From: a virus
Virus record (IMG/VR): IMGVR_UViG_3300045988_053137
Span: 1-57,070 of that record
Direction: 5' to 3' (one strand)
DNA length: 57,070 bases
Shown here: one piece after another, positions 24,075 to 34,203 of the stretch
Layout: each line of letters begins with the position of its first letter
Numbering within the stretch: position 1 is the stretch's first letter
Made by a program: the position numbers and the translations under genes
Notes under the pieces: generated by a model
What the model was told of the DNA's origin: nothing
Database searches by the model: none
What the model saw: the letters and a program-made list of their open reading frames with translations, nothing else

Positions 24075-26777
24075 ACAATCAACTCCCCAAGTAATATGTT
24101 ACGCCAGTTCAGCAACAATATGAAAGAGGTAGGAATGGTAGCAGGACAGCTATTTATCCCAATTCTTTCAAAGGTTATGCCGGTAGTAAACGGAGTAACT
24201 ATTGCAATCAAAAGATTATTAGTTGGTCTTGCTTCTTTAATGGGCGTTAAGATTGACTTTGAGAGCTTCGGACAAAGTGGCTACAAAGACACATCAGACG
24301 GCTTAGAAGATATTTCAGACGGCTACCAAGATGTAGCTGATTCTGCTAAGAAAGCTACATTATCCCTTATGGGATTTGATGAAATAAATAAATTACAGGA
24401 CGATACAAGCTCAAGCAAAGGCTCAAGCGGTGGTGGCGGTAGCACTATTGATTTGACAGATGATATCGCTAAGGCGGCGGCTGATTATGAAGCTGCATGG
24501 AATAAAGCATTTGCAAATATGGAAAATTCGGCAGTTGCTTGGGCTGACAGAATAGAGAAAGCACTCGAGCCTGTTAAACAGATTTTTAAAGATTTTGCAG
24601 TTGGTGATTTCTTTAAGGCAGGGCAAGATACATCTAACCTAGTAGCAGGAATTTTTGATTGGTTTGCAAAAGCTATAGATGATGTTCCTTGGTTCAAAAT
24701 CGGTCAGAAAATGGGAGATTTCCTTGCAGGCATTAATTGGACTAAGGTGTTTAAATCGGCGGCTAAAGTGCTTGTGCAAGGCTTAAAAGCGGCTATTGAA
24801 TTATACTTAGGTATGCTATCTAAAGCACCTATAGAAACACTTCTCATATCGCTTGTGGCAGTTCCTAAAGTACTTAAGGCAATAGGTGGTTCGAGTGTAG
24901 TAGCAAGCATAACTAAAACGTACAACAAGCTCAACTCCTTAAGTAAAGCAACAGAAGACGTAGTGTTAGCGACAAAACTATCTAAAATGGGATATGATGA
25001 AACAGCAGCTACACTTCTTTCTTTTCACCCTAAACTTGCAAAGGTCACAACAAGCTTTAAGGACTTTGGAAGCGTAGTTAAGGATAAAGGATTATTCACA
25101 GCTTTAAACGGCGGAATAACTGCTGTCAGAGATAATATGACACTATTCCAAAAAGCATTACTTGGCGGAGTATCAGCTTTTGGAGAATTTAAACTTATCG
25201 AGAGCGGTTTTACTGATATAGTTAGAGGAAGTGACAACCTTGTAGCTTCAATAGCTAAGATAGCGGGTGGTGCGGCTATCGGTGCGGCAGGATTATACAC
25301 AGCTTTCGGACCGGCAGGATTGGCTATGGCGGCAGTTGTGGGAATTACAGGTGCAATCAAAGGCTTTATTAAAGTCCAAGAAGAAATACCAGATTACTTG
25401 TCTGGATATGAGAGCGTAAGAAAAGAAGTTAACAAGACTACAAGCGAAATAGAAAAGTCTGTAGCTTCAATAGAGGAAACGTGGAAAAATAATTCCTCTG
25501 TTGATGAAATAGAAGCATTAAAGACAAAATATTTTGAATTAGCAGACCAAACTAACCTAACAACAGAACAGCAAGAATTACTTAAGGATATAGCAGGTAA
25601 ACTTGTTGATAAAGTACCAGAATTATCGAAAGCTATAGATACTAACACAGGATATTATTCTGGAAATAGGCAAGAAATAGAAAAGCTTATAGAAGATAAA
25701 GAAAAAGAATACAAATTAGAAGCTTTAAGAGAAGAATACATTGAATTAGCAAAAGAGGAATATAAAGCTAAGAAGAACCTAAGAGAAATGGAAGATGTAC
25801 TTGCGGACAGCAAAGATAGACTTAACGAAAAGCAACAAGAATATAACGAACTCACTCACAATGGTGCATTATCTGTGCTAGAAATGACACCACAAGAGGC
25901 AGATGCGGTTGCGGGACTGCAAGTAGAAATAAGACAACTTAACGGCGAAGTAAAAAAGAACCAGACGGAAGTTGATAACGCTAGAAACGTAGCAGACAGA
26001 GCAACAAATGATATGCGTTATTGCTATGAAGCATTGGGAGATACTGCACAAGAAGTTGCAGAAAAGACACGACAAGAAGTTAGCAACACAGCCAACACAG
26101 CTAAGTCAGAATTTGAAACAGCTAAAAATGAGATTAACAGCAAGATAAATGCGATAGGCACGAACACAGAAAATGTATTCTCACGTATGGGAAGTGTTGG
26201 TGCTAATGCAGGTTCATCATTAACAAACAATTTTGCTAATAATATTGATGATATACCATATAGAGCTAGAAGCGCATTTAACGCTATTATAGATAGAGTT
26301 AATGCAGGTGATATAGGCTATGATACTGGTACAGAACTTATGAACTCATTGGCAGATACCATTGATAATAATTCTTGGCGAATTCGCAGAGCCTTAAGCA
26401 ACTCATTTGAAAGCAATTTCAGCGGCGAAATACTTGATAGTGAGGGAAATGTATCAAGAAGTGCATTTCAGATAAGAATACCTAGAGCATATGCAACAGG
26501 TGGTTTCCCAGAAGACGGACTTTTCTTTGCTAACCATAATGAAATCGTTGGTAAATTCAGCAATGGTAAGACAGCAGTTGCAAACAACGACCAGATAACA
26601 CAAGGCATTAAGCAAGCTGTTATTGAGGGTATGTCAGAGGTATTTGCTAATGCAAATGTAGGACAGCAAAATGGAAACATTGTTGTACAGATTGACGGAC
26701 AGGAAGTGTTCAGGACAACACAGAGATATGCCAATCAGTATACAGCTATGACAGGACAGCCAGCATTTAACATTTAA
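24075..26777 (+). CDS. Tape measure protein, exon 2
   Basis: Same frame as exon 1; TM helices, long coiled coils, typical TMP length. Confidence 0.8.
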   Translation, partial: TINSPSNMLRQFSNNMKEVGMVAGQLFIPILSKVMPVVNGVTIAIKRLLVGLASLMGVKIDFESFGQSGYKDTSDGLEDISDGYQDVADSAKKATLSLMGFDEINKLQDDTSSSKGSSGGGGSTIDLTDDIAKAAADYEAAWNKAFANMENSAVAWADRIEKALEPVKQIFKDFAVGDFFKAGQDTSNLVAGIFDWFAKAIDDVPWFKIGQKMGDFLAGINWTKVFKSAAKVLVQGLKAAIELYLGMLSKAPIETLLISLVAVPKVLKAIGGSSVVASITKTYNKLNSLSKATEDVVLATKLSKMGYDETAATLLSFHPKLAKVTTSFKDFGSVVKDKGLFTALNGGITAVRDNMTLFQKALLGGVSAFGEFKLIESGFTDIVRGSDNLVASIAKIAGGAAIGAAGLYTAFGPAGLAMAAVVGITGAIKGFIKVQEEIPDYLSGYESVRKEVNKTTSEIEKSVASIEETWKNNSSVDEIEALKTKYFELADQTNLTTEQQELLKDIAGKLVDKVPELSKAIDTNTGYYSGNRQEIEKLIEDKEKEYKLEALREEYIELAKEEYKAKKNLREMEDVLADSKDRLNEKQQEYNELTHNGALSVLEMTPQEADAVAGLQVEIRQLNGEVKKNQTEVDNARNVADRATNDMRYCYEALGDTAQEVAEKTRQEVSNTANTAKSEFETAKNEINSKINAIGTNTENVFSRMGSVGANAGSSLTNNFANNIDDIPYRARSAFNAIIDRVNAGDIGYDTGTELMNSLADTIDNNSWRIRRALSNSFESNFSGEILDSEGNVSRSAFQIRIPRAYATGGFPEDGLFFANHNEIVGKFSNGKTAVANNDQITQGIKQAVIEGMSEVFANANVGQQNGNIVVQIDGQEVFRTTQRYANQYTAMTGQPAFNI

Positions 26778-26839
26778 TTGAATAATCTAATCCATTGTGA
26801 TACACTTTAAGTACTATAAAAGCAAAGGGGCGTATTACA

Positions 26840-27520
26840 ATGGATAAAAAAGATAACAAAAAGAAGCCACAGGAGATAGTGATTGCAGTATTGGCAGGGA
26901 TAGTATTTGTTACAGCGTTATTTATTATTAATAATATAACTGAAAGCGATAATAAAACAATAGCAAATACACAGCCTACAACTACAACACAAAAAGCTAC
27001 TGAAAAAACCACAGCGGCTACAATACAAAAGACAACACAAGATACATATGATAAACTGACAAAATATAAGGCAGGCACTTACAAAGTGGGTGAAGATATT
27101 CCAAACGGCGATTACTATTTGCAGTCATTAACAAGCAAAGGTTCGGCTTATTTTGGCGTATATGCAGACAGCAATAAAACCAAAATAAAGTTTAATGAAA
27201 ACTTCAAAGGCAATATGTTGATAAGTGTAGAAGACGGAGAATATCTTGAACTAAACAAGTGCAATGCGATACCTCTTTTAGAATTCAGACAGTATTACAC
27301 AACTAAAACTACTCTTGATAATTGTATGTTAGAGGTTGGAATTGACATAGAACCAGGAGAATATAAACTGATAGCCACATCATCAAGAGGGTATTATTGT
27401 ATCTATGATGATTTAAGGCAAAGTCACATTGTAAGCAATGATAACTTTGATAATCAGACGTATTGCACAGTTGGAAAAGGTCAATTTTTAATACTTAATA
27501 ATTGCAAAATAGAACAATGA
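26840..27520 (+). CDS. Membrane-anchored protein with a Thr-rich linker (moron)
   Basis: N-terminal TM IVIAVLAGIVFVTALFII, TTTTQKATEKTTAAT linker, repeated G.Y.(V/L)..DI(P/E)xG(D/E)Y motifs. Confidence 0.65.
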   Translation: MDKKDNKKKPQEIVIAVLAGIVFVTALFIINNITESDNKTIANTQPTTTTQKATEKTTAATIQKTTQDTYDKLTKYKAGTYKVGEDIPNGDYYLQSLTSKGSAYFGVYADSNKTKIKFNENFKGNMLISVEDGEYLELNKCNAIPLLEFRQYYTTKTTLDNCMLEVGIDIEPGEYKLIATSSRGYYCIYDDLRQSHIVSNDNFDNQTYCTVGKGQFLILNNCKIEQ

Positions 27521-27540
27521 AAGCAAAGGGGTAACACAAT

Positions 27541-28170
27541 ATGGCAGAAAAGAAAGCAAAGAAAAAAGACAGTAAACTAAGCATAGCGGCGGCAGTAACA
27601 GCACTATTTATATTCACAATTCCAATAGGCTTTATATTGGCTATTGTGGATTTAATTAAAAGTAAAGGCGACAAGTCGCAAAGACACTTAGGCTCTTATT
27701 TTGCGATAGTATCGTTTGCACTATTTCTGATAGTTGCTTTTAGCAACGGAAGCAGTAACAGTAGTAACAATGTTAATGCTACGAAACAAGCCAGTGCAAC
27801 ACAGCAAGATACAGACACAGCAACGAATGATGACACAACGCTTAAATACCTCAAACACGAAGTAATTACAGATAGCAATGACAGAGAAGTTGTTGTTGTC
27901 TATTTTGACTTTACAAATAATTCAAAAGACAACGAAGCATTTATTTACAACTATAATGTCACTTGCTTCCAGAATGGCAAGGAACTTGACTATCCGTTAG
28001 CTAGTTTTGATGTTGACGAATATAACAATGCGGCAAGAGAATTACAGACAGGTACGAATATTACAGTTGCTAGGATATACATACTAGAAGATAAGAGTGA
28101 CGTTGATTTAGAGGTGACAGCTTGGGGTTCAAACAAGAAACTTATGAAGCTGACATTAAAAGTAGAATAA
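27541..28170 (+). CDS. Membrane protein with a DUF4352/DUF5067-like Ig-fold ectodomain (moron)
   Basis: Two TM segments, Ser/Asn linker, VVVVYFDFTNNSKDNEAF...CFQNGKEL. Confidence 0.6.
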   Translation: MAEKKAKKKDSKLSIAAAVTALFIFTIPIGFILAIVDLIKSKGDKSQRHLGSYFAIVSFALFLIVAFSNGSSNSSNNVNATKQASATQQDTDTATNDDTTLKYLKHEVITDSNDREVVVVYFDFTNNSKDNEAFIYNYNVTCFQNGKELDYPLASFDVDEYNNAARELQTGTNITVARIYILEDKSDVDLEVTAWGSNKKLMKLTLKVE

Positions 28171-28268
28171 AAAAATCAGAACAAGTTGGGTAGACCTGTT
28201 CTGATTAGCACGTATGAGTACATATAAGTTGCTCACGTCAATAATAACAAATAAATAGCAAAATGACA

Positions 28269-28303
28269 AGGACATTTCACTTAATTGTGAGGTGTCCTTT
28301 TTG
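28269..28303 (+). terminator. Rho-independent terminator closing the moron cassette
   Basis: AGGACA ... TGTCCT followed by TTTTTG. Confidence 0.65.
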
Positions 28304-28328
28304 TGTGCTTAGGAAGTGAGGTTTTACT

Positions 28329-29210
28329 ATGAATTTTATACAATACATAAAGCAAGCGTGGAAAGCTGGCACTAGCGGCGGTACTCCGTTAAGCCCAGAC
28401 AGACTTAATCATATGGAAGACGGAATTAAGAATAACAATAGTATGATAAGTGAACTAAATAACAACAATATAACTAATAATATTTGCACTAATTTATTAA
28501 ACCCAACACTTAAAACTTCCTCTCGGAATGGAATTACTTGTACCAATAATGGAGATGGTACTTATACTTTGAATGGTACTGCTAGTGATGGGACAGTTTT
28601 TGTACTTGAAAATACGGCTGATATTATAAAAGAAAATGCTAATAAAACATTAAGATTTGTTTCAAGAGGTGATGCCTTAGGAACATACTTCGTTCAAATT
28701 TATTTTAATAACGCAACACCTGCCAAAGATTTAGGCAGTGGAATTACTTTTAAAGTTCCAACAAATGTTTCTGAAACTAATGCGGCAGTTGCTATAATAA
28801 GCGGTACAGTATTATCTAATATAATTATCAAACCAATGCTTACAACTAACCTTAATGCTACATATGATGATTTCGTTCCTTATACTGGTAACACAGGACG
28901 GCTTAATGCAGATGTTGCTCTGTTGAACAACAATATATCAAATACAGATAATAAAATTAAAACTTATTATATATCAACACCTACTGAGTTGACATTTAAA
29001 AAAGGTACTTATTGGGTATTTATTAATAAAACGCAATATTCACAAAGCAGTATTTGGACAGTTGATTCTTCTGCGAATCCACCTGTCGCTCTGGCAAATC
29101 CATCCGGTGAAAAAATGACAAAAGTGTTAAATGATGATAATACTATGACAATTAAGTGGAATAATGCATCATATGCAGCTGTTTCATTACTTAAAGTTGT
29201 TGTTAATTAA
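28329..29210 (+). CDS. Tail-fibre/receptor-binding-like protein
   Basis: N-terminus WKAGTSGGTPLSPDRLNHMEDGIKNNN resembles a fibre N-terminal motif (W..G..GGTP....LN..E.GI). Confidence 0.5.
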   Translation: MNFIQYIKQAWKAGTSGGTPLSPDRLNHMEDGIKNNNSMISELNNNNITNNICTNLLNPTLKTSSRNGITCTNNGDGTYTLNGTASDGTVFVLENTADIIKENANKTLRFVSRGDALGTYFVQIYFNNATPAKDLGSGITFKVPTNVSETNAAVAIISGTVLSNIIIKPMLTTNLNATYDDFVPYTGNTGRLNADVALLNNNISNTDNKIKTYYISTPTELTFKKGTYWVFINKTQYSQSSIWTVDSSANPPVALANPSGEKMTKVLNDDNTMTIKWNNASYAAVSLLKVVVN

Positions 29211-29292
29211 CTTAATGAATAAAAATTCAAAATGGGTATTGAAATAAAATGTTAGCAGTAGGGGCAACTTGAAAATATAAATATATAAAGCT

Positions 29293-29328
29293 AAGGGAAC
29301 GTATCAGAGATGATATGTTCCTTTTTTG
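29293..29328 (+). terminator. Rho-independent terminator
   Basis: AAGGGAAC ... GTTCCTTT running into a T-run. Confidence 0.6.
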
Positions 29329-29360
29329 TTACCCATTTTTAAGCAGAAAGGGGCGATTGA

Positions 29361-29732
29361 ATGATAAATGCTGTAATTATCGAGGGGGTGACATTCCCAG
29401 TAGCATATAACGGCTACACGTACACTAGGGCGAAAATTTGGTCTAAGAACACTGGAAGAAATGATGTCGGAGATTTGGTTGGTACGTTGGTGTGTCTTAA
29501 GGATAAGGTAGAGATACAATTACCGCCGCTAACAGGACAGCAAGCCAAAATACTTGATGATGTAGTAAGTGATGTTAATAACCCATTCCCAACAGCACAA
29601 GTCCTATTTTTAGGCGGTCAGCAAAAGGAAATGACAATATACACAGGAGATGTGACATATCCGTATCTCACAAGGGCAAAGAACGAGGACGGATTAATAG
29701 TCGGAGCAAAATTAAGTTTAATTCAGAAATAA
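29361..29732 (+). CDS. Hypothetical tail protein
   Basis: Position only. Confidence 0.55.
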   Translation: MINAVIIEGVTFPVAYNGYTYTRAKIWSKNTGRNDVGDLVGTLVCLKDKVEIQLPPLTGQQAKILDDVVSDVNNPFPTAQVLFLGGQQKEMTIYTGDVTYPYLTRAKNEDGLIVGAKLSLIQK

Positions 29733-29743
29733 GGAGATTAACT

Positions 29744-30070
29744 ATGAAAATAACAGGAAATGAAGTTTTAGCACATTATGAAGCACTTGCAAGTGTAGCA
29801 CAGCTTAAAATGGGTGGCAGATTAGCAATTATCATTTTGTCTAATATTAAGGCGTTAGAGCCACACTTTAAAGCAGTAGTAGAAACGATAGAAAAGATAC
29901 AGAAAGAAAATAAGGGCGACAGCGATAAGATAAAATCAGAACTTGAAGAATTAGGAGAACAGGAGATAGAAGTATCTGAATATACAAAAGTTGATATAAG
30001 TGCATTTGATAGTTGTGAAGCCATTGAGCCAGCTAACATTATCGCACTTGGCTTTATGATTAACAATTAA
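29744..30070 (+). CDS. Hypothetical tail protein
   Basis: Position only. Confidence 0.55.
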   Translation: MKITGNEVLAHYEALASVAQLKMGGRLAIIILSNIKALEPHFKAVVETIEKIQKENKGDSDKIKSELEELGEQEIEVSEYTKVDISAFDSCEAIEPANIIALGFMINN

Positions 30071-30091
30071 TCATCAGAAAGGAGCAACCTA

Positions 30092-33000
30092 ATGAAAAAT
30101 ATTAGTTGGGGTGCGAACCTGTTATATCCGTCAAACAGCTTATATCCAAGCGATGTTGTATTTCCATTTGAATTTAGCTTGCTTAATGCAAGATATTACA
30201 GCAAATATTTAGTTGACGGAAAAGAATACAATCAGGCACTTAATGAATTTAAGTACAGCAATATAATCAATCCGAATAATAGCATTTCCATAGGTAACAC
30301 TTGCAGTAGTAGTGTTACCTTTTCTATTTATAATCCACAAATTACACTTGAAAATAAGGACATAACTATTTTTGAGGGCGTTAAGGGTAATAGTGGAATT
30401 GAGTATGTACAGATAGGTATATTTACTGTAACAAAAGAAGAAAGTAACGGCGAATACACTAAGTACACAGCTTATGACAAGATGTATAAAGCTGAAAAAG
30501 GTTATTTTTCTAAATTAACCTATCCTAGTACGGACAAGGCTATTTTAGAGGAAATCTGTACAAAATTAGGCATACAGTTAGCAACTAGCATAACGGCTAC
30601 ACATACAATTACAGATAAGCCACAAGGTTATACAATGCGTGAAATGATTGGCTATATGGCTACGTTACAAGGCGGCAATGCGGCTATTAATTCTGACGGA
30701 AACCTTGAAATTAAATGGTATAAGGATAGCGGCTACGTGCTTGACGGACACCAATACTATCAACAAGGGGTTACTTTTACTACTAGCAAGGATTTTACTA
30801 TAAGGAAACTGACTTGCAACAATACAAAGTCTGGCGATAGCAAAACAAGTGAGATAACCGCTGGTGACGGAACGACAGGACTTAGTTTTACTAATCCGTT
30901 TATGACACAAGAAAACTTAAATGAGGTCTACAACAAGATAGGTGGCTTTCAGTTCAGACCGCTAACTGTCAAATTTTTAGGCGATTGGCGATTAGAAGTA
31001 GGCGACATTATAACTGTTAATAAGGGCGGTGTTGATTACAAAGTACCAATAATGCAGATTGAGCACGAATGTGACGGTGGTTTGATGGACACAGTTACAT
31101 CTATCGGACAATCTGACACAGAAAACAGTAATATCGCTAGCGGTCCAATTACTAAGCAAATGGAACGATACTACGCCGATTTAGTCTTAATCAACAAGGC
31201 AGTTATTGAAAATGCTGATATAACTAAGGCTAATATTGAGAACTTAAAAGCACATCAAGCGTATATCGACCAATTAAAAACTAACAAGATTGAAGCTGTC
31301 ACAGCGGAAATTGTTAATTTGACAGCAAGTAAAGCTACAATTAATGAAGCTAATATTGCTAAGTTACAAGCGGATTATGCACATGTAGGTGTGTTAAACG
31401 CAGATGTAGCAGACATTAAGACCTTAATGTTTGGTTCGGCGACAGGCAAGAGCTTAACAACAGAATTTGCTAATGCAGTTGTAAGTGTTATTGGCAATGC
31501 GCAGATTAAGGATGCTATGATTGACAGCATAGCCGCGAGCAAGATTACAGCACTTGACCTTAACACTACTAAATTTAAGGTTCATAGCGAAAATGGAATG
31601 TCTTATTGGCAAGACAATACAATCATCATCAAAGATACTGACAGAATAAGAGTTCAAATAGGTAAAGACGCTAATTCAGACTACAATATGTATGTCTGGG
31701 ATAAAGCTGGAAATCTTATGTTTGATGCCTTAGGACTTACTGAAAAAGGTGTTACAAGAAAAGTTGTTCGTGATGATATTGTTCAAGATAATGCTAATAT
31801 CAATGCAAGCAAGCTAGATATTGAAACACTATTTAATGTTATCAATAACGATAACACACATACACTTAAGAGCAATAAAATTTATCTGGACAACGAGGGA
31901 CAAACACTTAATGTTATTATGCAAGCTATCAAGACTGGCGCTGACAAGGATTACACGCAATGGGGCGGTATGATGAAAGTTGCTAGTGATTTTATAACTA
32001 ACAAGCTGTGGTGGACTAGCAATGTTGATACTGAAAGTATTCAGACTAAGTTTTCTACTGTTAATCAGAAGTTAGATAGCTACGAAATTACGTTATCCGA
32101 CTTATATCAACAAACGAACGATAACTTTATGGTGTATACAGTAACGGAAACACCTAACAAAGATAATTATCCAGCTATGAACTGGCACATACCGATTTAC
32201 CCAGCAAATGATTTATACCCTAGTAATAACCTCGTATGGACTTTTAGCAATGATGAATATGCTAAACATCACGGAGCAATAGCATACAATGAAACAGCTC
32301 AAAAAACTTGGCGATGGGTTAAAGATGATAAAGGTAATTGGAGCTGGAAAGAGGTATCTAACACACAATTAGCTTATATGCTTAATCAGAACGCTAGCCT
32401 TAAGATTAATCTTGATAGCATATCAACAGAATTAACGCAGACAAAGAAAAATCTGACAGATAATTATAGTACAACAACTACTATGATTAACAAGATTACA
32501 CAAGAGATTAATGATAATGGTTCAAGTATTAGTTTGGCACTTAGTGGAACTTACGCTAAGTCGAGCGATTTAAAAAGTTATGCAACCAAAACAAGTCTTG
32601 ATTTATACATCAAAAAAGACCCTAAAACAGGCGAACTTAAGAGCGCTATCGAAGCTATTGCAGACACAATCAATATAACGGCGCGTGGCGGTCTTAACCT
32701 TAGTGGTAATAGGTTTACACTTAGCAGTACTAATACCAGCATTACCGCTGATGGAACAATAACAAGTAATAATATAATTGCAAATTATGGAAAGATTGCG
32801 CAGTGGAATATAGCTAATAATTCTATTAATTCTACTACGCCAGATAGCAAGTATTGGGCAGGAATGACAACTCCATCAAAAGGAACGGATTGGGTATTCG
32901 CTACATTAACAAATGAAGGAAGTTCAATATCAGAAAACTGGAAAGAAAAATGGTATGTACGAGCTGACGGATTAATGTATGCAAGCAACGCTATTATATC

Positions 33001-33853
33001 TGGAACTGGATATTTAACAAGCGGAAAAATTGGAGATTGGAACATCGAGGGATATTTGCAAGCGGACACTTTGGCAAATGATGGATACTTAAGACGTGTA
33101 TGGATATCACCTTATCAGCAAAATTCCGGCGATAGTACTTGGATATATTCTATTCAAAAAGGAATTCAAGCAGGGAATAATCCGCAAAAACTCTCTCCTC
33201 TGTGGACTGTTTACGGCAATGGCAATATGCTAACTCAAGATTTGAGTGTTTATGGTAATCTATTTGCAATTAAAGGTCTTAATGTAGGCGGTGATGGTAA
33301 TCCTCAAATTGCAAACTTTTATTGCAACAATCCTAATTCGGATACGCAAGTTGCAACAAATGTTAGAATTTATAATAATGATACTTCTAAAAATTTTTAC
33401 TCACAGACAGAAGTTTCTTTAATGGGTTCTATGATTGCTAAGTATTCAATTACTGCAATGGGCGGTTTTATTGGTACAATAGCTTCGGACTCCGACAGAA
33501 ATGTAAAAAAAGATATTAAGGCATTAGAAATAGAACGGACTGCTGACTTTATATATAGCTTAATTCCAAGCGAATTTAGGATGAAAGATGGTACTTCCAA
33601 CCGATTACACCACGGCTTTATTGCACAAGAAGTTAAAGAAAAAATGGGCGATAGCGATTGGGGTTTATTTATAGATAAAAAAGTTAATGACGATAACTAC
33701 GAGATACAAGTTTCGGATGAAGACGGAAACACAACTAAAGAATTAACAGCAAGATATGCATTACGTTATGATGAATTAATAGCGGATTTGGTTGCAACTG
33801 TACAATCACAGAATATGCGAATTAAAAAATTAGAAAAGCAATTAAGTAATTAA
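30092..33853 (+). CDS. Large tail tip/fibre protein with a C-terminal intramolecular chaperone (peptidase S74-type) domain
   Basis: C-terminus SDRNVKKDIKAL...HHGFIAQEVKE...RYDELIADLVATVQSQNMRIKKLE is the endosialidase-chaperone signature. Confidence 0.75.
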   Translation: MKNISWGANLLYPSNSLYPSDVVFPFEFSLLNARYYSKYLVDGKEYNQALNEFKYSNIINPNNSISIGNTCSSSVTFSIYNPQITLENKDITIFEGVKGNSGIEYVQIGIFTVTKEESNGEYTKYTAYDKMYKAEKGYFSKLTYPSTDKAILEEICTKLGIQLATSITATHTITDKPQGYTMREMIGYMATLQGGNAAINSDGNLEIKWYKDSGYVLDGHQYYQQGVTFTTSKDFTIRKLTCNNTKSGDSKTSEITAGDGTTGLSFTNPFMTQENLNEVYNKIGGFQFRPLTVKFLGDWRLEVGDIITVNKGGVDYKVPIMQIEHECDGGLMDTVTSIGQSDTENSNIASGPITKQMERYYADLVLINKAVIENADITKANIENLKAHQAYIDQLKTNKIEAVTAEIVNLTASKATINEANIAKLQADYAHVGVLNADVADIKTLMFGSATGKSLTTEFANAVVSVIGNAQIKDAMIDSIAASKITALDLNTTKFKVHSENGMSYWQDNTIIIKDTDRIRVQIGKDANSDYNMYVWDKAGNLMFDALGLTEKGVTRKVVRDDIVQDNANINASKLDIETLFNVINNDNTHTLKSNKIYLDNEGQTLNVIMQAIKTGADKDYTQWGGMMKVASDFITNKLWWTSNVDTESIQTKFSTVNQKLDSYEITLSDLYQQTNDNFMVYTVTETPNKDNYPAMNWHIPIYPANDLYPSNNLVWTFSNDEYAKHHGAIAYNETAQKTWRWVKDDKGNWSWKEVSNTQLAYMLNQNASLKINLDSISTELTQTKKNLTDNYSTTTTMINKITQEINDNGSSISLALSGTYAKSSDLKSYATKTSLDLYIKKDPKTGELKSAIEAIADTINITARGGLNLSGNRFTLSSTNTSITADGTITSNNIIANYGKIAQWNIANNSINSTTPDSKYWAGMTTPSKGTDWVFATLTNEGSSISENWKEKWYVRADGLMYASNAIISGTGYLTSGKIGDWNIEGYLQADTLANDGYLRRVWISPYQQNSGDSTWIYSIQKGIQAGNNPQKLSPLWTVYGNGNMLTQDLSVYGNLFAIKGLNVGGDGNPQIANFYCNNPNSDTQVATNVRIYNNDTSKNFYSQTEVSLMGSMIAKYSITAMGGFIGTIASDSDRNVKKDIKALEIERTADFIYSLIPSEFRMKDGTSNRLHHGFIAQEVKEKMGDSDWGLFIDKKVNDDNYEIQVSDEDGNTTKELTARYALRYDELIADLVATVQSQNMRIKKLEKQLSN

Positions 33854-33878
33854 GGACATCTTCGGGTGTCCTTTTTTA
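33852..33878 (+). terminator. Rho-independent terminator with a UUCG loop
   Basis: AAGGACATC-TTCG-GGTGTCCTT then TTTT. Confidence 0.8.
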
Positions 33879-33902
33879 ATACAAATTAGGAGGTAAAACA
33901 CA

Positions 33903-34202
33903 ATGTTAGACATCAACTCATCAATTCAGAAGAACGGAACATTATCCATTCAAAATTCAGACGGAACACTTAAGCAGGTGGCTTATCTGTCAGCCACAAT
34001 AAGCGAAAGTGGCACAGTTAGTATGTCAGCTAGCTTTAATGATTTTGCGGCATACTTAGCAAATGATACAGCACTAGATGGTGAGCTTAAGAGCTTTCTT
34101 GATGGCGTTAAAAACACATACAAGGCAACATACAGCACAGAAGATAACACAATTAGTTCAGATGTAAATATAACAGGGACAGTAGAAAGTGAGGTATTTT
34201 AG
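33903..34202 (+). CDS. Hypothetical protein
   Basis: GGAGGT SD; precedes the endolysin. Confidence 0.6.
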   Translation: MLDINSSIQKNGTLSIQNSDGTLKQVAYLSATISESGTVSMSASFNDFAAYLANDTALDGELKSFLDGVKNTYKATYSTEDNTISSDVNITGTVESEVF

Positions 34203-34203
34203 T

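Noticed and set aside
24423-26734. Many 60-110-aa minus-strand ORFs inside the tape-measure gene, and similar ones in terL, portal, capsid and the 1253-aa fibre gene
   Set aside because: These are antisense shadow ORFs of long genes. They are Ser/Leu/Cys-rich, lack an RBS and overlap strong sense-strand coding.
28175-28205. 9-bp hairpin ATCAGAACA/TGTTCTGAT as a plus-strand terminator
   Set aside because: No T-run follows it on the plus strand; the A-run precedes it. The canonical terminator 60 nt downstream (28269..28303) is the more likely stop signal. The hairpin may be a minus-strand or processing element.
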